NCBI GenBank assembly: GCA_963664625.1
Contig: OY761541.1
Location: 1,410,204-1,474,203, forward strand
Source: Dehalococcoidia bacterium
GTDB lineage: Bacteria; Chloroflexota; Dehalococcoidia; Lucifugimonadales; UBA3495
Direction of reading: 5' to 3'
DNA length: 64,000 bases
Shown here: positions 1-9,319 of the stretch, in pieces
Position numbering within the stretch: the stretch's first letter is position 1
Layout: each line of letters starts with the position of its first letter
Made by a program: the position numbers and the translations under genes
The notes under the pieces: generated by a model
The model's database searches: none
Seen by the model: the letters and a program-made list of their open reading frames with translations, nothing else
What the model was told of the DNA's origin: nothing

Positions 1-2
1 AA

Positions 3-518
3 GCCGCCCGTATCCTGGGATTGGGCTTCCCCGGCGGGCCGGAGATACAGCGGGTATCCGATGGCGCCGAGGGGGACGAGCGCCTTCCGAGGGCCTGGAT
101 GCGGGGCACTCTGGACTTCAGTTTCAGCGGCGTAAAGACCGCGCTGCTGCATCTGGCCCAGGACAAGGGCTTATACCCGGAAATCGAAGATGGCCTTGGA
201 GAAGAAGAGCTGCGCCGGTTGGTCAGGGAGATGGCCCACGCCTTCCAAGAGTCGGTGGTCGACGTATTGACCGTCAAGCTTCTGGACGCGGCGGAGCGTT
301 ACCATGCCAAGGGCCTGGTCCTGGGCGGCGGCGTCATAGCCAACGCGCGGCTCCGGCAGGAGATACTCAAACGCTCCCCCCTGCCAGCCATCATACCCTC
401 TCCTATCCTGTGCACCGACAACGGCCCCATGATCGCGGCCTGCGCCTATTACCAGTACAAACGGGGAATGGATTTCGGGATGGACTTGGACATCGACCCA
501 AGCCTGTCGCTGGGCTAA
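3..518 (+). CDS. tsaD: tRNA N6-adenosine threonylcarbamoyltransferase TsaD, C-terminal part (5' end outside window)
   Basis: Frame is open to the left edge. The C-terminal block GGGVIANARLRQ...LCTDNGPMIAACAYY matches the TsaD/Kae1/Gcp signature (CTDNGAMIA). Confidence 0.85.
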   Translation, partial: AARILGLGFPGGPEIQRVSDGAEGDERLPRAWMRGTLDFSFSGVKTALLHLAQDKGLYPEIEDGLGEEELRRLVREMAHAFQESVVDVLTVKLLDAAERYHAKGLVLGGGVIANARLRQEILKRSPLPAIIPSPILCTDNGPMIAACAYYQYKRGMDFGMDLDIDPSLSLG

Positions 519-527
519 AGCCAACTC

Positions 528-558
528 GTCATTCCCGCGAAGGCGGGAATCCATAAGC
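528..558 (+). repeat. REP-A copy (consensus GTCATTCCCGCGAAGGCGGGAATCCA)
   Basis: gtcattcccgcgaaggcgggaatccataagc, with palindromic core TTCCCGC-GAAG-GCGGGAA. Lies between convergent genes. Confidence 0.9.
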
Positions 559-1239
559 TTCGGATCGGTCGGCAGATTCTGCGCTGGCGCCGCGGGCGGC
601 TGGCACCCAACCGGAAACCGCCGCTCGTCCCAAGTCCACTTGGTGACCATTCAGCGACCGGCGGGCGACAAAAGCCGTATTGACCAGTTGATAGACCTGC
701 AACTTAGACTTGTCGCTGTGGTACGGAAACGCAAACAGCCAGTTGCGGCCTTGAAAGACAACCGACCCCGTATCCTTCACGAAATAGTACCGCCCCACCA
801 GCACTGCGCCAGCGATGACCGCCAACAACAGGATAAGCGGTCCCATATCCATTCCGATGAAGGGAACCGAGGGGCCGTCGATATGTCCCGTAAGCCAATA
901 GGCAACGACCAGATAAATAACCAGCCCACCCACCACAACTACCAGCCCCTGGAGCAGGGAGCCGAACCCGCGGGCGCCTGAGCGCACCAGCACTCCCGCC
1001 AACTCCTCAACCGGCACGATGTGGGTCTGGGCCTTGCCGTCCTCTTGAGAGAAGGCCAGGATCCGCTGGTCGGTGGTGATCAACAGTTGTCCTTCCACCG
1101 GCGGCTCGTCGCTGAGACCCGCGGACGGTGAAAAGACATGGGTCACCCTCTCCCCCGGCAGAAGGGCCACGTCCCGAATGTGAGTAAGATAGCTTACGTC
1201 CTGCAAGTCCCCGTCCAACGCGCGTCCTCCGGATACCAT
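529..1239 (-). CDS. hypothetical membrane protein (soluble N-terminal domain plus 2-3 TM helices)
   Basis: 236-aa ORF with hydrophobic segments LLQGLVVVVGGLVIYLVVAYWL and GPLILLLAVIAGAVLVG. No family motif recognised. The last ~10 codons are read from the REP-A copy, so the 3' end is uncertain. Confidence 0.5.
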   Translation of the reverse strand: MVSGGRALDGDLQDVSYLTHIRDVALLPGERVTHVFSPSAGLSDEPPVEGQLLITTDQRILAFSQEDGKAQTHIVPVEELAGVLVRSGARGFGSLLQGLVVVVGGLVIYLVVAYWLTGHIDGPSVPFIGMDMGPLILLLAVIAGAVLVGRYYFVKDTGSVVFQGRNWLFAFPYHSDKSKLQVYQLVNTAFVARRSLNGHQVDLGRAAVSGWVPAARGASAESADRSEAYGFPPSRE

Positions 1240-2246
1240 ACTACCATAAGGGGTAGGTAGTTGCTGTTACGGCAGTTAGCCGCTAATTCACAATCGGGGA
1301 TGTCGTTATATGCAACTGTCATTTGTTGCTTGACTTTGGCATCGTAACTAAGGTACAGAAGGGTCAGTTTCAGATAGGATACGGCGTGCAATGACAACAC
1401 CGAAGGTAACTGCTGAAAAGTCGGGCAATGGGGAGTCTACGTTCATTCACAATATGGGGCTTCCGGTGCATGGATGGTACAGATTTCCGGCTGGCTTCTC
1501 GGCTGAATGGGCCCAGCAGGTTATAGAAGACCACCGTGGCGTAATCGGAGAGTTAGCCGTTTTAGACCCCTTTGCCGGCGTTGGCACGACCGTCCTGGCC
1601 GGTGAGAGTGCTGGTGTTCCTGCTTGCGGAGTCGAAGCTCAGCCGTTCATCCAAAGAATCGCCGCAGCCAAACTGCTTTGGCACAGTAACATCGCAGAAT
1701 TCCACGAAATGGCTCAAGCCGTGGCCGATCTAGCTAAGAGTAAATGCAGACAGTTGCCACCTTATCCAAAGCTTATTCATGGATGCTTTACCGAGGAGTC
1801 GTTGAATGATCTAAACGCCCTTCGTTGCGCTTGGGAAGAACTTAATGACGGTAGTCCCGGAGCAACTCTTAGCTGGTTAGCCTTGGTTGGCATCCTGCGT
1901 GCATGTTCCTCCGCTGGGACCGCTCCTTGGCAGTATGTCCTGCCTTCCAAGACGAAAAACAAAGTTTTGCCTCCATACGATGCGTTCGACTTACAGGTAA
2001 GACGGATGCTGGCTGATATGAACTACTGGCAAATGCTGGAAGCTAGACGGGACGCGAATATCTCTCGCGACGATGCGCGTCTACTTGAAACTGTACAGGC
2101 AGACTCTGTTGGGCTGGTAGTTACTTCTCCACCATACGCCAACAACTACGACTATGGCGATGCGACAAGGTTGGAAATGACATTCTTTGGGGAAGTATCC
2201 GGCTGGGGGGATGTACACTGAGATGGACCCCATTGGTTGGACAGGA

Positions 2247-3164
2247 TTAGGCCGTAATCAAGTGGGGTTCCTGCATCCCGTCGTATGATACCAAGACCGG
2301 TTGGTCCGAACACCTCCTCTCTTTGGTCTCCTTAGACTCTCCGCAGAAAACCTCCGCCGGCGTCCGGTAGCACAAGGCTTGGTGCGGCCTGCGGTTGTTG
2401 TAGAACCGGAAGTATTCTCCCAGTTCCCGGCGGGCCTCACTGGCGTTGCCGTAGGCTTTCAGGTATACCTCTTCGTACTTCACCGTCCGCCATAGCCGCT
2501 CCACGAAGATGTTGTCAGCGTAGCGCCCCTTCCCGTCCATGCTGATCTTCACCCCGCTGTCCTCCAGCACCTGGGTGAACTCGCGGCTGGTGAACTGGCT
2601 GCCCTGGTCCGTGTTGAACACCTCCGGCCTCCCCCGGCCCAACGCTTCAGTCAGCGCCTCGGCACAGAAACCGACCTCCAAAGTATTGGACAACCGCCAA
2701 GCCAGCACGTACCGGCTGTGCCAGTCCATGACCGCCACGAGGTACAGGAATCCCCGGGCCATGGGCAAGTAGGTGATATCTGCCGCCCACACCTGGTTGG
2801 GCCGGGTGATACTGGCACCCCGCAGGAGGTAGGGATAGACTCGTTGCTCCGGCGCCGGCCGACTGGTGCGAGGTTGTCGGTAGATGGCCCGCAGCCCCAT
2901 GACCCGCATCAGCCGCTGCACCCGCTTTCTACTTACCGGCTTGCCCCGCCTCTCCAGACAGGCTTTCATCCGCCTGGACCCGTAAAAGGGCGTCTCCAGG
3001 TACTGGCGGTCCAGTTCCATCATCAGGGACAGGTCCTGCTGTGAGGTCCCCTTGGGACGGTAGTAGAGGCTGGAGCGGCTGACGCCCAGCAACTGACACT
3101 GCCGCACTATGGACAGGTGTCGATGTCGCCGGTCCACCAACTCACGTCGCTGTGCAAGGCTCAT
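2247..3164 (-). CDS. IS3-family transposase OrfB (DDE integrase core)
   Basis: 305 aa; [10 protein letters not shown]...[15 protein letters not shown]...[10 protein letters not shown]...[13 protein letters not shown] is an rve/DDE core. The frame is also open upstream of the ATG, so an OrfAB fusion is possible. Confidence 0.9.
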   Translation of the reverse strand: MSLAQRRELVDRRHRHLSIVRQCQLLGVSRSSLYYRPKGTSQQDLSLMMELDRQYLETPFYGSRRMKACLERRGKPVSRKRVQRLMRVMGLRAIYRQPRTSRPAPEQRVYPYLLRGASITRPNQVWAADITYLPMARGFLYLVAVMDWHSRYVLAWRLSNTLEVGFCAEALTEALGRGRPEVFNTDQGSQFTSREFTQVLEDSGVKISMDGKGRYADNIFVERLWRTVKYEEVYLKAYGNASEARRELGEYFRFYNNRRPHQALCYRTPAEVFCGESKETKERRCSDQPVLVSYDGMQEPHLITA

Positions 3165-3463
3165 GGACCGGACCTTTCCTCCAAGAAATCCCGCTCCACC
3201 TTGAGCTGGCCGATCTGCTGGTACAACCGGGCCACCAGAGCGTCGTTGTTCTTGCTCTTCTGACCCTTGTCTTTACTGGTCCCGTTGCCCTGGTCAAAGA
3301 TGGCGGACGCCCCATCGACCAGAGCCTTCTTCCATGTCTGAATCTGGTTGGGGTGAACCTCGAACCGGGCAGCCAGTTCGGCCACCGTCTGCTCGCCCTT
3401 CATTGCCTCCAGTGCAACTTTGGCCTTGAAGGCCGGGCTGTGCTTTCTTCTCTCTCTGGACAT
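3161..3463 (-). CDS. IS3-family transposase OrfA (HTH)
   Basis: 100 aa; [46 protein letters not shown] is typical of IS3 OrfA. Its stop overlaps the orfB ATG (ATGA). Confidence 0.85.
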   Translation of the reverse strand: MSRERRKHSPAFKAKVALEAMKGEQTVAELAARFEVHPNQIQTWKKALVDGASAIFDQGNGTSKDKGQKSKNNDALVARLYQQIGQLKVERDFLEERSGP

Positions 3464-4006
3464 TTCCCGCTCCTCCTCGACAGCTGTCGCTGCCCTCAGT
3501 TTAGAAGCAGGACTCCCACTTAGCTACCTGTCCAGTTTCTTGGGTCCACCTCACACGAAAAAGCGAGAAAGCATCTTATTAGGTCTTGCTCACAACACGC
3601 TTCCAGAGAAAAGCTCGACCTTAATCAACTCCTGAACGAACTTCGGGGAACCAACTTCGAGGGCGAAATATCATTGGTCTGTGAGGCACTAGGGGAAGAA
3701 CGACTTAATCACGGTGGGAAAAAAGACTACCACCTTATGGTTGCGGCTTACTTTGCGGACATGCGAAAGACATGGACAGCTCTTCGCCGGGTTTGTGCCG
3801 ACGGGAGTAAGGCCTGCTTTGTAGTGGGAGATTCGGCTCCCTACGGGGTACATGTACCAACTGATAGGTGGCTAGGCGAATTGGCTTTAGACGCCGGGTT
3901 TGAGTCGTACAGCTTCCAAAAGGTTAGAGACCGCAACACCAAATGGAAGAACCGCAAGCACCGTGTTCCCTTGAAAGAAGGGTTTCTGTGGGTACAAGGA
4001 TAGCTG

Positions 4007-4918
4007 GTGGCACAATCACCAACACATAGATTCGGACAGATCATCGGAGACTTGCTGGAAGCGGCCTTATATCCGATTTTGAAGAAATTCGCCGATGAGA
4101 GTGGGCTATACTTGGATCACAAGGGTAAGAGACCTTGCCGCAGTGGTATCAAGTGTACGTGGTTGGACAGTAACGGGAACAAGCACGACTTGGACTATGT
4201 GTTGGAGATGGGAGGGACGCCGGAATCGTTTGGCACTCCGGTCGCATTCATTGAAATTGCATGGCGAAGGTACACAAAACATTCGCGGAACAAAGTCCAA
4301 GAAATCCAAGGCGCGATAGAACCCTTGGCGGAAAAGTATCATCAATCATTACCGTTCAAAGGAGCAGTCTTAGCCGGTGAATTCACCAGTGGAGCCCTGG
4401 ATCAATTGCGATCCCTCGGTTTTAATATCGTCCATTTTCCATACCCAGCGGTAGTAGGGGCATTCAGGGAAGTCGGTATAGACGCAGCTACGGACGAATC
4501 GACGCCAGATGAAGTTGTCCTGCGTAGACTCCGGCAATGGGAGCGACTTTCTAAGCGCAGAAAAGGTCGGGTCGCCGATACACTCTTGGCAACAAGAGAA
4601 ACCGAACTGAAAGAATTCCTCGACGCGCTAACTCAATCGGTATCCCGTAAAATCGAAGAGGTCATTGTGCTTCCCTTACACGGAAGCAGATTACGTGCGA
4701 CATCCATTGCCGTCGCAAAGGCGTTACTTGAGGACTACGAGGAATCTGTTCCTCAGGCTCGGTTTGAACGATATGAAGTGCATATCAGGTTCAGGAACAC
4801 AAACGAGATCGTTGGGAGATTCAATGACAAGGCAAGCGCCATTGAATTCCTTGAGACCTATGAGAATGAAACTCGTCCCTCTCGACATCAGGTGAGCAAT
4901 GTTGGAGGCTCATATTGA
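4007..4918 (+). CDS. putative restriction endonuclease partner of the disrupted methyltransferase
   Basis: 303-aa ORF starting 4 nt after the methyltransferase stop. Possible PD-(D/E)xK-like core (DLDYVLE ... VAFIEIAWRRYTKH). Assignment rests mainly on gene position. Confidence 0.4.
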   Translation: MAQSPTHRFGQIIGDLLEAALYPILKKFADESGLYLDHKGKRPCRSGIKCTWLDSNGNKHDLDYVLEMGGTPESFGTPVAFIEIAWRRYTKHSRNKVQEIQGAIEPLAEKYHQSLPFKGAVLAGEFTSGALDQLRSLGFNIVHFPYPAVVGAFREVGIDAATDESTPDEVVLRRLRQWERLSKRRKGRVADTLLATRETELKEFLDALTQSVSRKIEEVIVLPLHGSRLRATSIAVAKALLEDYEESVPQARFERYEVHIRFRNTNEIVGRFNDKASAIEFLETYENETRPSRHQVSNVGGSY

Positions 4919-4961
4919 CAGACCTGCTTCCGTAATGATACGTTTCCCCCGTTAAAGACTG

Positions 4962-5227
4962 TGATGGAGACGAGTAGGCAAGGGTAGGCGGTTAGCGAGC
5001 CTGGTACAGTGCAAGCAGGTGCGCCGATCTTGACCGAAAATCCCTCCGGAGTCGCCAGCTGAACCCCTCCCTCCTGTGGAGGGAATGTAAGCCGGGCCGG
5101 GGTCGCCGCCCGTTACAAGCGGCGGGGCATGTTAGTGTCCTTATTGAGTGGTCCCGGCTGTGCCGGGGCAATTAGGGTGGTACCGCGGGTATACAAAGCC
5201 CCGTCCCTAGAGGCCGGGGCTTTTTTA
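4962..5227 (+). promoter_or_regulatory. T-box riboswitch leader upstream of ilvB
   Basis: Stem I elements are present: K-turn-like UGAUGGAG, AGUA S-turn, AG-bulge UUAGCGA and distal loop GGUACAGUGCAAG. Stem III is cccggcugugccgggg. The canonical T-box sequence AAUUAGGGUGGUACCGCGG lies at 5170-5188, followed by an intrinsic terminator. Confidence 0.8.
5197..5227 (+). terminator. T-box terminator hairpin plus U-run
   Basis: agccccg (5197-5203) pairs with cggggct (5215-5221) and is followed by tttttt. It competes with the T-box antiterminator. Confidence 0.75.
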
Positions 5228-5261
5228 TTTGCAAAATTTCGGCCCCGGGAAAGAGGTTGAC

Positions 5262-6941
5262 GTGAAACTCAAGGGTTCGGAGATCATCTGCGAAAGCCTG
5301 CGCCGTGAAGGCGTGGACGTCATTTTCGGACACCCCGGCGGGGCAATCCTTCCCTTTTACGACGCGCTGTGGGGCTTCCCTCACCTGCGCCATATCCTGA
5401 TGCGCCACGAGCAGGCCGCCGCCCATGCCGCCGACGGCTACGCCCGTATTACCGGGAAGGTGGGCGTCTGCGTAGCTACTTCGGGACCGGGCGCCACCAA
5501 CCTAGTAACCGGGATCATGGGCGCCAAGGCCGATTCGGTGCCCATGGTGGCCATCACCGGCCAGGTCGCTCGCGCCGCCCTTGGGTCGGAGGCCTTCCAG
5601 GAATGCGACACCTGCGCCATCGTGGCCCCCTGCACCAAGCAAGCCCAGATGGTGATGAACGCCCGTGAACTGCCTCGGGCAATCCATGAAGCCTTCCGCA
5701 CTGCCCAGGAAGGCCGTCCCGGCCCTGTGTTGATCGACGTGCCGAGGGACGTTCAACTCGAAGAGGCGGACGTGGAGTTTCCGGAGCCGTGGACCGCCAG
5801 TCCCGCCGTCTTGTCCGAGGAAACCTTGGAACGTGTGCGGCAAGCCGCCAGGATGATAAACGAAGCGGAGAGACCGGTAATCATCGGCGGGCACGGCATC
5901 CTCGCCTCCGGCGCGTCGGAGGAACTGAAGGACTTGGCCGAGGCCACCGGAATACCCGTCATTACCACCCTTCTGGGCGTCAGCAGTTTCCCCGGCAACC
6001 ACCCGCTCAGCATGGGAATGTTGGGGATGCACGGTATGTACTGGGCCAACATCGCCGTTGACCAAGCTGACCTTATCATAGGCTTGGGGATGCGATTCGA
6101 CGACCGGGTCACCGGGCGGGTCTCCACGTTCGCGCCCCACGCCCGGATAATCCACTTGGACATTGAGCGGAGCCAGGTCGGCCGCAACGTGCCGGTGGAA
6201 GTGCCCTTGGTGGGGGACGCCAAGGCCATCCTGCGGGCCTTGGTGCCCCAAGTAAACCGGGTAGACCGCCCCGATTGGATGGGCTATATCGCCGACTTGA
6301 GGCGCGACCATCCTTCATTGAGCATCCCCCACGGCGACAAGCTTCAAACGCAGCACGTCCTGAGGGACTTGAACGAACTCATCCAGGAAAACCGCGATAC
6401 CGTCGTGGTTACCGGGGTTGGACAGCACCAGATGTGGGCCGCTCAATTCCTGCACTTCGACCGGAGCAACTCCTTCGTGTCGTCCGGCGGGCTCGGAGCG
6501 ATGGGGTTCGAGTTGCCGGCGGCCTTGGGCGTACAAGCGGCGAAACCCGACATTCCCGTGTGGACCGTTGCCGGGGACGGCGGGTTCCAGATGACCTCGC
6601 AGGAACTGGCCACGGTATCAGAGGAAAAGCTGCCGGTGAAGATTGCCCTGTTCAACAACGGGTACCTCGGCATGGTGCGGCAGTGGCAGGAGTTGTTCTT
6701 CGACAACCACCTCAGCGCCGTGCCCGTCCCGGGACCGGACTACGTCAAGCTGGCCCAAGCCTACGGCGTGGGAGCGTTGCGGGTTACCGAACGGGAAGAC
6801 GTGCTATCCGCACTGCGGCAGGCCCAGGACTACGACGGGCCTTTCCTGATCGAGTTTGTGGTTGACCCGTCCGCCAACGTCTACCCGATGGTCCCGCCGG
6901 GCGGCGGGCTGGCCGACACGTTGGAAGACCCCGATGTGTGA
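5262..6941 (+). CDS. ilvB: acetolactate synthase (AHAS) large subunit, TPP-dependent
   Basis: GHPGGAILPFYDAL...HILMRHEQAAAHAADGYARITGKVGVCVATSGPGATNLVTGI and GLGAMGFELPAALG are AHAS/TPP motifs. I place the start at GTG 5262 after RBS gaaagagg, because the ORF-track start at 5229 lies in the terminator U-run. Confidence 0.85.
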   Translation: MKLKGSEIICESLRREGVDVIFGHPGGAILPFYDALWGFPHLRHILMRHEQAAAHAADGYARITGKVGVCVATSGPGATNLVTGIMGAKADSVPMVAITGQVARAALGSEAFQECDTCAIVAPCTKQAQMVMNARELPRAIHEAFRTAQEGRPGPVLIDVPRDVQLEEADVEFPEPWTASPAVLSEETLERVRQAARMINEAERPVIIGGHGILASGASEELKDLAEATGIPVITTLLGVSSFPGNHPLSMGMLGMHGMYWANIAVDQADLIIGLGMRFDDRVTGRVSTFAPHARIIHLDIERSQVGRNVPVEVPLVGDAKAILRALVPQVNRVDRPDWMGYIADLRRDHPSLSIPHGDKLQTQHVLRDLNELIQENRDTVVVTGVGQHQMWAAQFLHFDRSNSFVSSGGLGAMGFELPAALGVQAAKPDIPVWTVAGDGGFQMTSQELATVSEEKLPVKIALFNNGYLGMVRQWQELFFDNHLSAVPVPGPDYVKLAQAYGVGALRVTEREDVLSALRQAQDYDGPFLIEFVVDPSANVYPMVPPGGGLADTLEDPDV

Positions 6942-6953
6942 ATCACATCGGGG
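6929..6953 (+). terminator. perfect 10-bp hairpin spanning the ilvB stop codon (no U-run)
   Basis: ccccgatgtg / tgaat / cacatcgggg. The function (terminator or RNA-stability element) is uncertain. Confidence 0.3.
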
Positions 6954-7301
6954 TGTCCAATGGTTATGCGCCAGGCACGGGAGTTTATGAAATCGAAACC
7001 GAGCAAGTCAGTCCACCTGCCACCACTATGGCCAACACCAGTATCAAGATGACCACGATCACCAGACAGGCTTTCATCACTCCCTCCTGCAAAATGCGCC
7101 GCGCCGGCCGGTCCCCACGGTGTGCCCCATAGCCCACCGGCAGTATAGAGGAAATGCACGCCCCGCACATTTAAGCTGTCTTGCACAGTAGCCACAAATC
7201 GCCTAGACTCTTGAAAGTCTGGACCCTACCGCACTCGCCCGCATCTTGCGAGCTTCAGTCATCCGAATCCGGTAAACCCGGGCTCGGCGCCGGAGGACGA
7301 A

Positions 7302-7703
7302 GTGGAAAAAGTAACCATACAGGAAGCCTCGTACCGCCTTAACCTGTCCCAAGCCGGTATCAGGGAGTGCATCAGGAACGGCGAGCTGAAGGCCTCCAGG
7401 GAATCCGGCCCCAACGGCTCACGCTGGATGGTGGAACTCCCGGAAGAGGGATGGGTGGACAGTTTCCGAGCGTCCCTGATGGATCTGTCCAACCGGATGA
7501 CTTCCTGGTGGTGGCCCACTGCGTCCAAGACCGGCAACGTGCACTACGTGAGAGACCTTGGGATCGAAGAGATAGAACCCCTGTATCTTTGTGGTCTCAA
7601 GACCGACAACGTGTGGGACGCCACAGGGCACACCATGGAGGACAAGTGCCCCGAATGTTTGGCCATCGCCACTGAAGAGGGGCTGCCGATAGTCCAAGAT
7701 TGA
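7302..7703 (+). CDS. hypothetical protein with N-terminal excisionase/MerR-like HTH
   Basis: The N-terminus VTIQEASYRLNLSQAGIRECIRNGELKA resembles the HTH_17/excisionase DNA-binding motif. A C-terminal CPEC pair is present. GTG start. Confidence 0.45.
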   Translation: MEKVTIQEASYRLNLSQAGIRECIRNGELKASRESGPNGSRWMVELPEEGWVDSFRASLMDLSNRMTSWWWPTASKTGNVHYVRDLGIEEIEPLYLCGLKTDNVWDATGHTMEDKCPECLAIATEEGLPIVQD

Positions 7704-7756
7704 CAGGACGCATGGCAAACGCCCCGCCTATCTTTATGCCTGTACTCCCTCTGGCC

Positions 7757-9178
7757 CTAGCCGCCGCCCCCTCCGCCAACTCCAAGGCCCGGCTCGGTCA
7801 TTGCCTGCGGGTCCAGCAGATCGTCCAATTCATCGTCCGACAGAGAAGTGTTCAGCTTGGCTACCTCACGGATCGTCTTTCCGCTGGCCGCAGCTTCCTT
7901 GGCGATGGACGCAGCGGCGTCATAGCCGATGGCTGGGGCCAAGCCGGTCCCGAGCATCAACCCCTTTTCCACCATCTCCGGTCCTGTTGACGTCGCCTCT
8001 ATTCCCTTGACGCACTGCTCGGCAAAGTTATTCACCGAGGCCGCCAACAGGGAGATAGACTGGAGAATGTTGTGGGCCGCTACCGGCATCATGGTGTTCA
8101 ACTCGAAGTAGCTGCCTTGGGCGGCCACGGCCACCGCGTTGTGGTTTCCCATTACCTGGGCCACCACCTGTATCACCGACTCGGCAATCACCGGGTTGAC
8201 TTTTCCGGGCATGATGGAACTGCCCGGCTGGACTTCCGGCACCGTGATCTCGCCCAGCCCGGCCCTCGGCCCGCAGGCCATAAACCGGATGTCGTTGGCG
8301 ATTTTGTGAAGGCTGATGGCGATGGTCTTCAATACGCCGCTGGCCTCCACGATCGCGTCGATGGTGGCTTGGGCTTGGAAGTGGTTGCTCGTCTCGCGGA
8401 TGGTCACTCCGGTCGTCTCGGAAATCAACTGGCAGGTGCGGGTGGAAAATTCCGGATGGGTGTTGACCCCGGTGCCCACGGCAGTGCCGCCCAAGGCCAC
8501 CTCGGCCAGCGCCTCCTGGGCCCGCTCCAGCCGGCGGATGCCGTTCTCGGCTTGGCCGGCGAACCCCAGGAACTGCTGCCCCAGCCGTATGGGGGTTGCG
8601 TCCTGCAAATGCGTCCGTCCGGTCTTGATTATCGGCCAGAACTCGTCGGACTTGGCGCCCAACTCCGCCTTCAGCCTCTCCAGTCCCGGAATCAGGTCCT
8701 CCTTGATGGTCAGCAGGGCCGCCAAGTGGATGCAGGTAGGTATCACGTCGTTGGACGACTGGCCCATGTTAACGTGGTCGTTGGGGTGCACCAAGCGCGA
8801 TCCCAGGTCGCCCCCCAGGATTTGCGATGCCCGGTTGGCGATGACCTCGTTGGCGTTGGTGTTGGTGGAGGTGCCCGACCCGGTCTGGAAAATGTCCAGC
8901 ACGAAATGCTCGTCCAGCTTTCCGTCAGCCACCTCCTGGGCGGCGGCGATTACGGCCTCGCCAACTTTCTGGTCAAGCAACCCAAGCCCCATGTTAGTGG
9001 TTGCCGCGGCCTGTTTGACCAACCCCAGCGCCCGTATGAACGAGCGTGGAAACCGCAGGTCGCTGATGGGAAAGTTCAGCACCGCCCGCATCGTCGATGC
9101 CCCGTAAAGGGCATCCGCCGGGACCTCCATCGGCCCCATGGAGTCACGTTCTATTCTTACACCAGCGTTGGTTGTCAT
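7757..9178 (-). CDS. fumC: class II fumarate hydratase
   Basis: GSSIMPGKVNPV lyase signature and FQTGSGTSTNTNANEVIANRA (fumarase-like QTGSGT). Start set at MTTNAG (ATG 9178) rather than the ORF-track 9250. Confidence 0.85.
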   Translation of the reverse strand: MTTNAGVRIERDSMGPMEVPADALYGASTMRAVLNFPISDLRFPRSFIRALGLVKQAAATTNMGLGLLDQKVGEAVIAAAQEVADGKLDEHFVLDIFQTGSGTSTNTNANEVIANRASQILGGDLGSRLVHPNDHVNMGQSSNDVIPTCIHLAALLTIKEDLIPGLERLKAELGAKSDEFWPIIKTGRTHLQDATPIRLGQQFLGFAGQAENGIRRLERAQEALAEVALGGTAVGTGVNTHPEFSTRTCQLISETTGVTIRETSNHFQAQATIDAIVEASGVLKTIAISLHKIANDIRFMACGPRAGLGEITVPEVQPGSSIMPGKVNPVIAESVIQVVAQVMGNHNAVAVAAQGSYFELNTMMPVAAHNILQSISLLAASVNNFAEQCVKGIEATSTGPEMVEKGLMLGTGLAPAIGYDAAASIAKEAAASGKTIREVAKLNTSLSDDELDDLLDPQAMTEPGLGVGGGGGG

Positions 9179-9319
9179 ATTTACACTACCTCTTTTCTCA
9201 GGGTTGTCAGTTTTCCATTCCGTAGACTTCCCGACGTATCCGGCGGGCATTGCGGCGGCGATCTAAATTGAACCGTGCCAGTGCGTCAGCAAAAGAAACC
9301 CCTCGAACATACGAAGGCA

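Larger units (their letters stand above)
2219..3553 (-). mobile_element. IS3-family insertion sequence (1335 bp)
   Basis: Imperfect 27-bp terminal IRs TGAGATGGACCC...TGGACAGG (2219-2245) and CCTGTCCA...GGGTCCACCTCA (3527-3553) with TG...CA ends. Direct CAC lies at 2216-2218 and 3554-3556. Carries an orfA/orfB pair. Confidence 0.9.
1391..4003 (+). pseudogene. type II DNA (N6-adenine/N4-cytosine) methyltransferase split by IS3-family insertion
   Basis: The N-terminal ORF 1391-2218 carries DPFAGVGTT (SAM motif I) and VVTSPPY (motif IV) and stops at the TGA formed by the IS end. Deleting 2219-3556 (IS plus one CAC copy) joins it in frame to 3557-4003, giving ~424 aa colinear with the intact paralogue at 53292-54668. 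Confidence 0.85.

Noticed and set aside
3161-3200. A programmed -1 frameshift site between IS3 orfA and orfB.
   Set aside because: The orfB frame is open upstream of its ATG, so a fusion is possible. However, I found no canonical A-AAA-AAG-type slippery heptamer. The ATGA overlap is equally compatible with translational coupling.
5229-5261. The ORF-track start of ilvB at 5229.
   Set aside because: It lies inside the U-run of the T-box terminator. GTG 5262 has a good RBS (gaaagagg) and matches the usual AHAS N-terminus (KLKGSEII...).
6985-7077. A possible 30-aa hydrophobic peptide (MKACLVIVVILILVLAIVVAGGLTCSVSIS) with an upstream GGAGGGAG.
   Set aside because: It is attractive as a small membrane peptide, but a single hydrophobic ORF in GC-rich DNA is not enough evidence without conservation or expression data.
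7757-7815. An unusual C-terminal tail of FumC ending in GLGVGGGGGG.
   Set aside because: This is probably a harmless extension read from GC-rich intergenic DNA. There is no repeat, frameshift or motif to suggest a function.
7757-9178. The alternative call of aspartate ammonia-lyase (aspA) for the class II lyase gene.
   Set aside because: The QTGSGTSTN motif and N-terminal pattern are closer to fumarase (QTGSGTQSN) than to AspA (QGGAGTSVN). The families are close, though, so this remains a caveat.
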